A stretch of 63,902 nucleotides of DNA, counting the filler, from Aduncisulcus paluster (taxonomy: Eukaryota), in assembly GCA_024181965.1 (NCBI GenBank). It is 6 parts of 6 records of this genome, joined end to end, with 100 filler letters (N's around TTAATTAATTAA, not from the genome) between each part and the next. Parts side by side here need not be neighbours in the genome. Positions count along the whole stretch, not along the records: positions 1 to 5,069 come from BQXS01012508.1; positions 5,170 to 20,832 come from BQXS01012510.1; 4 more parts are not named here. One strand, written 5' to 3'. The translations under genes and the position numbers were made by a program. This document shows, piece by piece, positions 1 through 12,500 of this stretch. Each line of letters opens with the position of its first letter. The stretch's first letter is position 1. Below the pieces are notes generated by a model, which saw nothing but the letters and a program-made list of their open reading frames with translations, made no database searches and was not told the DNA's origin.

Positions 1-664
1 GATACCAAAAGGAGCCGTTTCTCTTCTCTTTCTCAGCAGAGTCAGGAATAGTGGATAAAGAGGGGAGATTGTTGTGATCATGCTGCTTGTCATTCTCAAT
101 AATCAACATTTTCATGTCATTTACCCATTTATCGGCATCTTTTATGGCCTTTTCGATAGTATCAGCACCGCTCCAACCTTGGACTTCGATTTGCGTCAAT
201 GTACATAATCTTTCGCTTCCATGATGTGATAACCACTTGAATCGAATGAGATTCGTCTCTAAAAATCTTCCTTCATTTGTTAATAAAGAAAAATGCTGTT
301 TCTTGTGTGTGGGTTTAGCTGTGAACCTTTTCTTAGAAATCCACTCGCATTCATGACTATATACTTGACAAGGAGATACTAAAATCTCAAAATCTTTTAC
401 AGTTCCGCTATACATCTCTTTAGAGAGGATGTTAATCCCTTCAACAGCATGCTTATTTCCAAGATCAATAGTAATAACAATATCTTCTTTACATGGAGCT
501 AAAAAGTATTTTTCAGTATTAGAATTCAATACATTCTTTCCTTAGGCATCAGAAGGAGAAAAATGCACAACTGAAGCTCCACTCTCCGGAGAGGCAATAT
601 TATAGCACGAAGATGCAATAATTAGACATAATAAACCAATTAGACAATATATTTTTCTTTCCAT
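1..664 (-). CDS. Mid-SUN (SLP1/SUCO-like) SUN-domain protein with signal peptide; one in-frame TAA at 542-544; runs off window start
   Basis: Manual translation past the TAA stays open to base 1: MERKIYCLIGLLCLIIASSC-YNIASPESGASVVHFSPSDA*GKNVLNSNTEKYFLAPCKEDIVITIDLG...ILSKEMYSGTVKDFEILVS...W...F.A...RFKWLSHHGSERLCTLTQIEVQG. This matches the mid-SUN pattern NxAS..GA...N.L....KY...PC / KDF / LSH.G.E..C.L..+.V.G. Confidence 0.8.
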
Positions 665-766
665 CTCATTACATTCGAGAAAAAGGGATGATTCAGGGAA
701 CTGTGACTCAGTCATGTGAGGCTCACAGCAGAGCATATTCAGAAGATAATCAAATATTTTTACAAT

Positions 767-2187
767 TTATTTTCGTTTTAAAGGAGGGAGCAATGTACAC
801 AATATTCTTTTTTCGCCAGCAGCCTCAGCAATTGTCGTAAATTTGGGAATTGCAGTTGTGAACCCCATTCTACGATCGCCGATCCATTTCGATTTATCAG
901 GTTTTTCGATGAGAGATTTTTCATGGTATGGTTCGCGAGATAACATTGAAGTCTGCTCCATCTTAATATCACGTTTGCCCCAATCATTTGAGAGTGTTGT
1001 GTCAAAAGTTGGTCCTAAATCGTCAACACGGGCAAATCTTTTTTCAAACGCATCCAAGGACTCTTTAACCAGGTATCCATCGCTATTTTGGATGCTTGGA
1101 TTCGGTTCCATTTGAGAATAATGATGAAGTCTATCCTGAAGTCTTCTCTGACGAATAGCTTTTGATTGACGGATTGTACGATTTACAATCGCAGTATCTT
1201 CTCTAATAGTTTCTAGATCACTTGTGTATGGACGTTTTGGCCTTACGTCCCCTCGATATTCCCTTCTGGGCACTCGCTCTCTCAAGTCCTGGGATATTCT
1301 TTCCTTTGCCGACATTTTAATAAAATCTTCCGCATTTATCCCCTGAATTGTAGGTAAAGCACGGCGATTCCCCATTCTACCAGTTTGTCTGAAAGTATCA
1401 GCAATTGACAGAGGTTCTTTCTGTGAAGATCTAAATTCTGAAGGAAGAGTATCCTTGAGCATTGGGGCAGCATATATACCAGGAATGCTCTTGGTGGATG
1501 TCAAAAAATGCATGTGAGTGGCATGATCCTGCAGTTTACCAATCTCTTCTTTCCTTCGAAGTTCAGCTGTATCGGCTTCTCTAATCTTTTTGAGTGTATC
1601 GGCCATCTCATTGATTCGATGACTTGCCTCAGCTGTCATTTTGATGTAACCCTTTCTCCTGTAGAAGTCCATAACATACTTACGGATATAAAATCCTCGG
1701 AATGCCTTTTGGATAACAATTGCTGCTTGATTATAAGCATACATACGCTGTAAATATGCAAAAAGGGCTTTGATACGTCTCACTCTATTTCTAGCTCGAT
1801 ATCCACGGTATACCCTCTGGATACAGAGAGCAGAATCACTATGAAATAAATGATCAATGAAAAATATGAAAATGACATCGAAATGAGAAAAAAATCTCGT
1901 TTGATAAATAAAAAAAATTACATACACCATATTTCTGATAAATTTTCTAATTCTATGGGCTCGAAAGGCAGATTGAATAATCATTGTGGCCTGTTGGTCT
2001 TTTATAGCCTCTTTTTCGGCATTTCTTATGAAAAATTAAATAATATTGATGGATTTTTGGTTAATTCAAAAGGAAACACGAGAATAATATCAACAAGGAG
2101 AACAAAAATGACATACTCAATTCTTTTTGAAATAAATGATCGTATTTCATCTATTCGCTCAACCGCGGAAATATATCCTAAACTCAT
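767..2187 (-). CDS. SPATA17: SPATA17-like IQ-motif flagellar protein; 3 exons (2187-2117, 2024-1926, 1838-767)
   Basis: Three IQ motifs (IQSAFRAHRIR, IQRVYRGYRAR, IQKAFRGFYIRKY) followed by HMHFLTSTKSIPGIY, typical of SPATA17. GTATGT..AG introns at 2116-2025 and 1925-1839 splice in frame. Confidence 0.8.
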
Positions 2188-2356
2188 TCAATGAAAAGTT
2201 TTCAACTCGGAGAGAAAACTCCACTTTGTGTTTTCGGCTCACCATACAAATTTTAGTTTTCTTTTGATACTGATTTTGTATTGCTTTTTTGCTCTAGTTA
2301 CCTAATTACATAATATTTTTTATTTGTTTCTAGGTTTCAGCACACCTTTTTTCTAA

Positions 2357-3138
2357 ATGCCTGAGGAAGCGCAGAGCTCCATTGAAACGGGCGAAATTAG
2401 TCGCCTTTTTGAGTCATTTTCTGCTAGCAATATCCCCAACCTCCTAACTGATCTTGGGATCTTGGTTACTCTTGGTTCCCAAAGGACGTTCCAGGTTAGT
2501 GAGATTAACTACCGTGTTCCGACCAAGGATGTTGCTTTGAAAGTCCTTGTTCATATTTATGAGAACTACCCTCTTGTTAGAGAGTTTTGTCCGGTGGAAC
2601 TATAACCTGCCCCCCCACTTTCCTGGACACTCGATGCATACTGTTGCGAGAACATATATCATCTTAGATCGTGGCTCAAGTCATATCTGAATTGAACTCG
2701 TTGAAACCACCTCAATTCTCGACTGCTCGCGAATTTCTTTCGTATTCACCGTTCTGGTCACTTGATTCTGGTCAGTCAAGGCGGATACGTGGCATTTTGC
2801 AATCCGTCCCTGCTACAATTGCAGCACATGTTGCTGTAGCGCTGAATCCTCTATTTGACCGTGCTGTGACTGCAACTATAGTGCGTGCTAAATCTCGTGC
2901 TCTTAAATGCGTGTCAGCTCGAATGACCGTGGCTCAAGATGTTCTTTTTTCCAGTGACATACCCATCGATCCCCCCCTTGATGTTCAATCTGGTGATCCT
3001 CCAACTATACCAGTCGATGTCCCTCAGGCATCAACTACTACCACACAACAAGAACCTCCTTCTTCTCTTACTGTTCCGTCTCCCTCAGTCCCTCAACCAA
3101 CCTCACATCGTCATCGTATGCCATGGCAAAGAACTTGA
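2357..3138 (+). pseudogene. Broken ORF of unknown origin (stop/frameshift near 2600-2670), possibly a retroelement ORF1 remnant
   Basis: Two consecutive coding-like ORFs in different frames with a Pro/Ser/Thr-rich tail. No recognisable motif. Confidence 0.25.
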
Positions 3139-3400
3139 TTTAGTCAACCTTAGATGTGAAACTTATGCTAAAGACTCAAGAATACCCACAATCTCCATTG
3201 GCACCCCTTCTGAAGATGCTTTTAGAAGAGATCTTACCATCAATGCATTGTTTTATAATATTAATGACAATACCATTGAAGATTACTGTGACTGTGGCCT
3301 TGCTGATATAAGAGATAAGATTATTCGAACTCCTCTAGATCCACGAGAAACCTTCCTTGATGATCCCTATACTGTACTAAAAATACTCAGGTTCTGTTCA
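3125..3400 (+). pseudogene. Internal fragment of class II CCA-adding enzyme (tRNA nucleotidyltransferase)
   Basis: ELDLVNLRCETYAKDSRIP...GTPSEDAFRRDLTINALFYNIN...EDY...GL.D+.D.IIRTPLDP.ETFLDDP..VL+..RF carries the RRDxTxNA and DDP motifs. The N-terminal GGxVRD/DxD region and the C-terminal half are absent. Confidence 0.85.
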
Positions 3401-3985
3401 TTGTTCCTGGTTTCCACCCATTGTCCCTGAAAATAATTGACAAATTGCCACAACTGCCCCTCGTTTAACTCCTTTGAATCTCGAATAACGCATCAATGCT
3501 ATTTCCCAATTTGCACATCATCTTATAGATGATTTCTCGATTCGATCTTTCCTTTGTTGTTTTGCCGAATCCAAGCTTTTCTCTTCTCTTTCTGAATAGT
3601 TCAAGCAAATTCTTATTCTTTATCATGAGAAGAGAACTTGATCTGCCCAATGAAAACTCGATTCTTTTATTTTCTTCCAACTATGAGTAAATTTTCCCCC
3701 CTTGCCCCCATCCGTGGGGGCACCCCCCTGTACGGTGGTTGCACTGTACATTTCTTTCATTTTTATAAAAAACAACAAAAAAAAAAAACACAAACTTTCC
3801 ACCGGCGGTGGCTGAGAAATGTGGGGGTTCTATATCAAAAAATATCTAATATTCATGTACCTTTTTCATTCTTTCTTATAAATATAGTTATTTAATTATG
3901 ATATTAATGCTATATTCTGTATTTCTGTGCTCAGGTGGTCTGATGTAGTCCTGCAAGATTTTGACACATAATAAGAATAATTATA
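3400..3985 (+). repeat. Dispersed ~590-bp non-coding repeat, copy 1, with GC-rich hairpin core
   Basis: Colinear with the reverse complement of ~17370-17978 on a different scaffold; core nearly identical. Confidence 0.9.
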
Positions 3986-4214
3986 TTATTTTCATGATAT
4001 AATCGTTAAATAATCATTTATTTGTAAAGAAATTTTACTATTGTTGATCAAAATTTCAAAAGATTTGTTTTCTTCGACTACAAGCAGATGATTCGATCGT
4101 CTGACCAATCATACCATTTTACTTTTGATAATTTACCTTCTTTTGAAGCTTCTGAGACTGGAGCGGAAGAGAAGGTTGAAGAGCTAATCGGGCGTTAGAT
4201 GATGTGACACATGT

Positions 4215-5069
4215 ATGCTCATCCAAAAGATGAGAATTGAGAAACTCGAGTCTCGCATACGAGAACTTGAGCCTTCCCTTGATGATGAGAGTGGAAAACG
4301 TCGAATTGTTGAAGGTGAAGTTCGTTCATTGATGGATGATATGCGTTCTTTGCGAAAAGAGTGGACTTCTGAAAAGAGTATATTGAGATCTTCTGAGAGA
4401 ATTCGAAGAGAAGAAGAGGAAGAAAAGGGGAGAAGGCGAAGAGAAGAGGAACGAATCCGAAGAGAAGAAGAGCGAATCCGAAGAGAAGAGGAAGAAGAAG
4501 GTAGAAGGCGCAGAGAACAAGAGATAATTCGAAGAGAAGAGGAAGCAAGGAGAGAAGAAGATAAAAGAAGAGAAGACCAACGCGATTCATTGAGGAGGAG
4601 CGAAAGGATGGATAGAACAACCGTGGATTCAACAATGCACGGGTCAGACCTGGCCACTTCCTCCTCTTCTTCCTGGCCTGTGGGACTATTCCGTCCCAAG
4701 AAGCAACACAAGAGTTTCAGTCCACCTGCACAAGCCATTGTCCTGTATACCTTCAAAGCAAGACCTGGGAACTCCGATGAGCTGAGTATTGAACGTGGAG
4801 AGCATGTTAATGTGTATTACCAGACTCAAGGCGGTTGGAGTGGATGTACAAGCAGTTCAGGCAGTGCTGGGACTGTCCCTTCATCGTATATCAAGCTTAT
4901 CGAAGGAGAAGAGATGAACGAAGTCGATCCCAACTTCTACAATACAACCTCAACAAGGACCACAACCGATGGAGATGCCACTTCAACCCATCATATCCAA
5001 CCACCTTCTTCATCACCTCCCCGTGGCTTCAAGAAAGATACGAGGAGATCATCAAAATTATCAACATAC
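4215..5069 (+). CDS. Charged (E/R) helical region plus SH3-domain protein, 3'-truncated at scaffold end
   Basis: AIVLYTFKA...DELSIERGEHVNV....GGWSG......GTVPSSYIKLI is an SH3 consensus, preceded by an ER/K-type single-alpha-helix tract. Confidence 0.75.
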
Positions 5070-5169
5070 NNNNNNNNNNNNNNNNNNNNNNNNNNNNNNN
5101 NNNNNNNNNNNNNTTAATTAATTAANNNNNNNNNNNNNNNNNNNNNNNNNNNNNNNNNNNNNNNNNNNN
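5070..5169. other. Artificial scaffold linker N44-TTAATTAATTAA-N44 (also 20833-20932, 40937-41036, 53514-53613, 62034-62133)
   Basis: Identical 100-nt construct occurs five times and truncates genes on both sides. Confidence 0.97.
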
Positions 5170-5419
5170 AATAATAATATCAAGAGATTTCCCAAGAAAT
5201 ATTAATATTTGTGGTCAAACTCAGATAACCTAAATAAAAGAATACAATTAAAACTTTTGTGGGCACCAAACTTTACTAGAAAACATAACAATGAATAAAA
5301 ACACTTAGTATTTACAAGGTTCGCCCTTAAATCATAAAAGTTCGTAAAACAATAAAACAAAATAAAATTAATGAGAAAACACCAAGGAAATAAATAAACG
5401 GAGTTACAAAACACGCATG

Positions 5420-5627
5420 GTGTCATATCAGACCACCACACCTCTGGGTTTGTGTCCCCATCACATTTTGTTGCAAGACGTAACGCTGATAACACGTGGA
5501 CATCAATCAACGTGTGCCAAGGTTCCTTTCCACCTCGAGCAGAATAGATCTTGTGATCATTCATAAATTTAGACCAGTCCTCTTTCGAAAACCTTGTTAG
5601 AAAAGGTGGTTTTAATAATTCGGCCAT
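5420..5627 (-). mobile_element. Possible truncated gag N-terminus of an LTR retrotransposon
   Basis: MAELLKPPFLTRFSKEDWSKFMNDHKIYSARGG resembles protist Ty3/gypsy gag starts from memory; the ORF then decays into AT-rich sequence. No LTR or PBS established. Confidence 0.3.
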
Positions 5628-6549
5628 AATACTAAAGTATTAATACTGTAAGCTAAGCCAAATTTATTCAAATAAACGGTTCTATAAATAGGACATCCCT
5701 GAGAATGTCTGTAGATAAGGATCAATGTCCGTAACAGGAGCAGCCATAATTGGCTGTAATTGTGTATTACTCATAGAAAAATAATTATTTTGTACTATGA
5801 TTGGTACAATTTATTAAATAAAAATAGAACGAACAGTTGGATCTAAAAATAGATATGTGAGAATCATTAAAATAATTATCCGTAACATCCTGTGTTGTTC
5901 TGAAATAGGTTTCTCCCGCGAACACGTGGGTTTCCGTATCTTTTCACAGGAACAAGTCGGGTGATGGTGCTGCAGAATGCAGTACTTGATGTCTACCGGG
6001 ACAATGATACTGATACTGAGCACAGGCTGAGCAGCAGGGAGGCTGCAGGTGCAGGAGAAGGAGGTGCAGTAACAGTCACGCACCACCCTACCTCTAAGGG
6101 TGACCACGGTCATCCTTGAAGAGAGTTGAGGAGGGTGTTGGCGGCGGCTGGGCACGACGGTACCGGCTCGATTACCGTCTTATCAGAAATATAATAAATT
6201 GTGGAACCGTTACGATCCGTTTATAAAATTTTATTGTGTTTTATTTCAAATACTACCACACAATACACCACAAATGAAGAAAATATCTCCAAAATTCGAT
6301 GCAAACACTTGCCAATAGTACAGTATAATTATATACAACCAACGTTTATTTCTTAAAATATGCCATAATGAATGGAAATTCTATGATTAGCTTTCTTGTA
6401 AGAGATATAATGCACCACCACAACATATCTCACTCAAAATTGCGAATTACGAATTATTTCAGAATATAGTATACATAAATAGTCTCAAAATAAAGAAAAA
6501 ACATTAAATTATTGTTCCGAATAGCTTATATTTCTTCACTTTGTTTGAA

Positions 6550-9500
6550 TTATTTTCTTCCAGAAGTAGATCTCAGACTTCCCCTTCTAACATTCTTACC
6601 GCGAAGATCACTCACACTAATGCTCCCTCTCTTCATGGAGATACTGGACCTACTTCCTCTCCTCACAAGAGTTGATCCCATGGCAGCAGCATCGAGCTCA
6701 TGCATGTCACTGGCCATGACGTCAAGATAATGCTTCTCTCTATAAATAAAAGGCCTCTGATAACGGGACTCGTATTGTTTCAACAGAGTTCCTAATTGAT
6801 CATTAATCCGACCAATCTCATTTCTAAATTCTTGACGTTGTTTGCCTTCACGAATAAATCTAGCACTGTCGGCACCGTGATACTTGTCAGGATCATTGGC
6901 AGCACTATTGAAGGCGAAAATACGATTTTTAACAAATTCACGACGGGTGACAAGCTCGAAAATAGGAGCTAAATCTGTCAAACGCCTCAATTCCTCATCA
7001 CAAACAGAAACCACAGCTGGGCAATATTCAACAAACTGTGAGAAAGAAGCCAAGAATTTTGCCACATCATGAGATCCAACTTCAAGCATCTCCCACAACT
7101 GTCTAATCTTTTCCCTTGTATGTTTGAGTTGAGCCTGTCCTCTGAGCTTTTCTTCTTTGACACGAGCATCACGACGACGACGGTCTTCCTTCTCTTCACG
7201 CACGGTACGCAGGACACGAGACATTTCCTCACTGTGACGCTGTTCAAGTTCACGGCGTTTCAGTTCCTCCCCACGCTTGGCCTCTTCCTCAATGAATTGA
7301 TTCTCACGTAACTCACTCTCCAAACGACAAACAAGTTCATCTTTCTCCTTGAGCGTGTCGGCAACAATCTTATCATTTTCAACAATAAAGTCAGATTTCC
7401 ATGTCTTATACATCTGGGCAATCTTTTTGACACGAAGTTCTTGACCTCCGAGCTTCTCCTGAAGAGCAAGATTCTCCTCAGTAAGTTTCTTCTGCTTTTC
7501 ATATTCAATATCAATTGATTCCTGATGCTCGAGCTGACGAGCTTTGATTTCCTTCTCAGCTTCTTCCTTAGCCATCTGGGCGTCAAGGGTAGCGGCCTGA
7601 ACTCTGTTCGTAGCACGTTCTTCAACCTCTTCCTCGATGGCCTCTATCTTCTTATCACAGAGCTTTTCAACTTGTTTGACACGCTCAATGTGCTTCTCCT
7701 CTCTTTGTCTCATGATAGCCTCGTGTCTGGCACTCTGGGTCTGTTCACGTGCAATGTATTGAGACTCAAGCTGAGACCTGTACACTTCGCGATCATGAGA
7801 AATGGTCACTCTTTGCTCCTCCATGGCACTCTGAACAGCACAAATCTCAGCTTCATGACGTTCTTTGGCCTCATCCATGGCCTTGGCACGTTCATCCTGA
7901 ACGGCTTTGATACGAATTTCAATTCCATCAATGAGCTCCTTCTTTTCAAGGGCGAATTCTTTCTTCATTTGAGCCTCCTTATCGACAGCACCTTGTTTAA
8001 CACTAGCTACACGAGCCTCATGTTGCTCCTCAAGTTGTTGCAGAGTATGGGTATGTGATTTCAAAAGGGAAGCACGGGACTCACTGTGGTTGGCCTGAAG
8101 ACGCTCAATTGTCTTGTTATTGGCAGTGGTGGCAGCTTCAATGCGCACGATACAGTCTTTCTCAACGGTCTGGATACCATCAGCACACTTCTTCTTCATC
8201 TCTTGAACTTTTTCAGCATGGATCTCCTCACGAGAAACAAATTCTTTATCAAATTTGGCACGGATATCCTCAAGTTTGTCGTTCCATTCACGAAGGTTTG
8301 CATCTCCTCTCTCCCTCATATCCTCACGTATCTGAACGGCATCTTTTCCACGGATTCTGGCATCTTCAGCCTTGCCTTCTCTGAGCTGGGCTTCATAGTG
8401 TTGAAGACAAATGACACGATCGTGTTCCTTTCCACTAGCAAGCTCTTGTTCCAAAGCTGCCTTCTTGGCCATGAACATACGATCAAATCTTGCCTGAGTA
8501 TTAAGTTCAAACTTGGTACGAGACTCTCTTTCCTGCTCTCTCTCATGTCTTCTCTCCTCAGATTTGGCTTCATTCTTCCTCGTCATTTCCTCAGCCCTCT
8601 CCTTCAACTTGGCAGCGAGATCTTCACGTTCCCTCTCAAGCCGAGACTCAAAGTCTGCACGTGTCTCAGCCTCGGTGGCCACTGTTTCAGCAGTCATACG
8701 AGCCCTATCCTGTTCATACTGAGCCTGGAGAAGGATTCTTTCCCTCTCAACCTCCTTCTTGACAGCCTTGAGTTTAGAGGCATGTTCCTCATCCCGGGTC
8801 TTGAGAGATTCTTCACACTCAGTGCGAATATCAGTGATACGACGCTCACAAGATGCCTCAATCCTGGAAATCTCAGAGATATGATTCTTGTGCTGATCGT
8901 CACGAAGCTGAACCTGCTGTTCAACCTCCTTGGCAATAGCCTCACGACCATTGGCGGACTCTTGCTGGAGAGCAGCATCCATCTCCTCCTCAACTTGACG
9001 TTTCTTAGCAATGAATTCTTCTTCAAGCTCCTTCTTCTGATCAGTAACAGTGACATAGGCCTTATTAACCTCTTTCTTCATCTCAACACGCTCATTCTCG
9101 AGCTTGGCAGAAAGCATCTTTTCATTCTTTTCTTGAGCTTCCTCGAATACTTTGGCGAAACGTTCTTCAGTTTCTTTGGCCTTTGCACGAATGTGAGCTT
9201 CGAGTTCAGATTTATGTGTTTCTTCCCTCTTGGCACGTTCTTTCTTCTCGGCTTCAATTGTTACCTCTTTTTGAGCGATCCGTTCCATCTCACGGGCGAG
9301 TCTCTTCTCCATCTCGGCCCTGAGTTCTTCCCCAAGACGTTCTTTCATCTCCACCACCCTTTCCCTCTCTTCCTCGACACTCTTCCGCATCTCAGAAGTG
9401 ACGCTCTCAAGTTCAGAAACAACACGAGAATGGACTTCCTTCTGTTCCTCGAGGAATAAAGAGATCATATTGTTGTATTTAGAGCGGAGTTCATCTTCGT

Positions 9501-12500
9501 ATTTCTGCTGAGAGACTTCAGAGGAACGGAGGATAGCAGCTTCCCTATCCTTGAGCTGAGCCCAAGAAGAAGCAACAATGGCTTCACGAGCAGCAAGATC
9601 ATCACGAAGGAGTTGGAATTCCTCTTCTCTCCTCTTCTTCTCTTCAGAACTCAACAAACTCTTCTCTTTCTCAAAGGATTCAATCATAGCCTCCTCACGC
9701 TTCCTATTGGCCTCACGTTGCTCTGAAATGAGACGTTCTGTCATATCCTTGGACTCACGGACAGTCTCTTGTAGAGCCTGGGATTCCTGGGCCAAAATAG
9801 CAGTATACCTCTTCCTCACACTCTCTTCAAACTCACAGCGGCTGAGTTCAAGAACTCGACGACGCATTGATTCTTGAGATAAGTATTCACGTTGTTTGGC
9901 CACGAGTTGTTCTCCTTGCGCAATGGCTTCATCCTCAACAATCTTTCTGAACCTCTCCATACGTTCCTCTTCCTCGGATCTCAATTGTTTTTGCATCTCA
10001 AGGACACTGTTCTCAGCATCGGCCTGGACTTGTGTGTTTTCAGCAAGACTCTTCTCACGTTCGGCAAAGAGCTCATCCTTCAATTGCTGGACACGTTCCT
10101 CCATTCTCTTCTTCTCTGCATCAATGAGGGTCTCACTGGCCATACGCACCTTGCTTTCATATTGAGCTCTCTGGTGTTCAAGAGAACTCCGCTCACTCAT
10201 GAGCTTTTCATGAAGAGCACGGTCAGAACGGACAATTTCCTCCCGCATCTGAGCAAGTTCATTGTCCACACGACTACGTTCCTCCTTGACAATGTCAGAG
10301 GCCATAGCACGGTGAGTATTGAGGATTTCTTTCTTCTTAGCCTCAAGAGCACTACGGATAGCATCTTCTTCCTCACGGAGACGAGTCCACTCAGTTACAA
10401 GTGCCTTCTTACGCTTCTCATCTTTTTGCTTTTGGGCGTCCTTGACCTGCTTCATGAGTTTGTCCATCTCGGTGCGAACTGCAGATACACGGCTTTCAAC
10501 GGAGGCCTCAATAGCTTGAATCTTACGATCACATTCACGTTGCAGCTTCTGCCTTTCCATCTCTTCTTCCTTCCTCACACTTTCAATACGCTCATTTTCA
10601 GAGGCAGAACGAACTTCAAGTTGCTTCTGGAACTTCACAGTGATGCTTGCAACCTGGGCTTCTTTCTGCACGTCAAGCTCAGCCTTGGCTTGGCTCAACT
10701 CTGAGATCCGCTTGTCACGCAAGGCAACTTCATTCGTGTGCTTAGACTCAAGAGAAGTCATGAATATCCTGTGAGACTCTAAAAGTTTCTCAGAACGACT
10801 CTCAAACCTTGTTTCCATACGAGACTCTGCCTCTTTCACACCATCTCTGACCTGTTCAAGCTCTTTCTGATGCTGAGCTTCACCAGCTTCCTTTTCACGA
10901 TCGAACACAGAACGTTGGTTTGAGAGAGCAAGCTGGAGATCCTTGTCCTTCTCGATGAGCTGATTGCTGAGGGTTTCTCTGACCCTTTCCTCTCTTGACA
11001 CCGCCTCTTTCCTTTCCTTGCTGAGATTGTCAAGATACACCTTACTCATCTCTTCTCTCTCTTTCACACGAGCATCCCTCTCTTCTTTGACCTGTTTCTT
11101 CATCTCAGAGGCAACAGACACACGCACAGAGTTGCCGTAGCGACGACGCTCATCGGCAGCATCAGAGAGAACCTGGGCTTCATGTTTCCTGAAGGCCTCA
11201 CGCTCCTCGTTGAGCTTAACGCGCTGTTTCTCCATGATAGCAGTGAATTTCTCAGTGTTTTGAGTAATAACGAGTGTTGTGGAATCACGAACATCCTCAA
11301 GGTCACGCTTACCGTTATCAATGATCTCTTCGACCTGTTGTTTATGCTCATCCTTGATCTTAGCGATAGCAATGTCGAGTTGCTCAGACCTCTTAACCAA
11401 GAGTTCGTCCAACTCCTTCATGGCCTTTTCCTTGAAGACTCTTTCTTTCTCTTCAGCAGACTCGGAACCCTTAGCACGACGCTCCTCAGCACGCCTGTAG
11501 GCCTCACTGACCTTCCCAAGGAGTTCCTCCCGTTCATCTTTCCTTGCGGCTTCGACAGTCTGAATCCTCTCTTTCGTACGTTTGTCGTACTCCTTCTCTT
11601 TCGCCTCTATCTTCTTCTGAGCCATCTCTTCAGCATCAGCACGGACCTGCTCTTCATTCACAGCACGAGCAATGGCTGCATGGGCCCAAGCTTCACCTTC
11701 TTTTCTGCGTTCAGCTCCAACGCCCTGCATTTCTTCGTTGTGTTTCTCCTTGATCTGTTGCATTTCAACCTTATGACGCTGGACAAGATGACGTCTCTCA
11801 TTGTCCCACACACGCCTGGATTCCTCTTCACGGAGGGAATTCTCCTTCTCGATCTTCTCTTTCTCAGACTCAGTTTTTTTACGGATTTGAGAAACTTTCT
11901 CGTCTGCAAGAGTACTAACAGCACGGATCTTATCCTGTGATTGGATTTCAGCTCCAGTCTTGTCCTCTTCCATCTTCTTTGTGAGCTCGGCAATGTTCTC
12001 ATCCTTGGAACGAAGCAAGGAAGAGAAGTGCTCACGTTCCTTGGACAGAACTTCCTCAGCTTCCTTACGAGCATCCTCGATCACTTCAAGACGTTTCTTC
12101 TCATACTCCCTGTGAACAGCAAGAACCTTCTCTTCTCCTTCTTGACGAACAGCCTCTAACTCTCCCTGAAGTTGCTTCTTCACGGTTACAAAGTGTGTCT
12201 CACGAGCAAGAATAACTTCATTGGCCTTGTCCTTCTCACGTTGAACAATATCCTTCTCCTTTGAGGAGATCTCAGCTAACCTCTCTTGGTAGAGCCCATC
12301 AGCCTCGGCTTCAGCAGAAGCTCTAATCTCAGCCATGGCTTGACGCTCTTTCAAAATCAATTCAGAGATCTCAGTGCGGAACTTCTCGTTGTTTGACTTG
12401 ACAGTAGCCTCAAAGGCAGCCTGATCAGTGGCCACTTGTTTCTGACGGGCTTGGTTCTCAGCCTCCACACGTTTCATCTCAGCAGCTTGGAGAGCTCTCA

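Noticed and set aside
3930..3975. Hammerhead ribozyme at CTGATG in the dispersed repeat
   Set aside because: Neither copy has CUGAUGA plus stem II and GAAA.
5070..5169. Palindromic TTAATTAATTAA as a biological site, and synteny across it
   Set aside because: Identical N-padded linker repeated five times; a concatenation artefact.
5720..6230. 5' LTR/PBS upstream of the gag-like fragment (TGTTACGGA twice on the minus strand)
   Set aside because: No matching CA terminus, PBS or second LTR could be defined.
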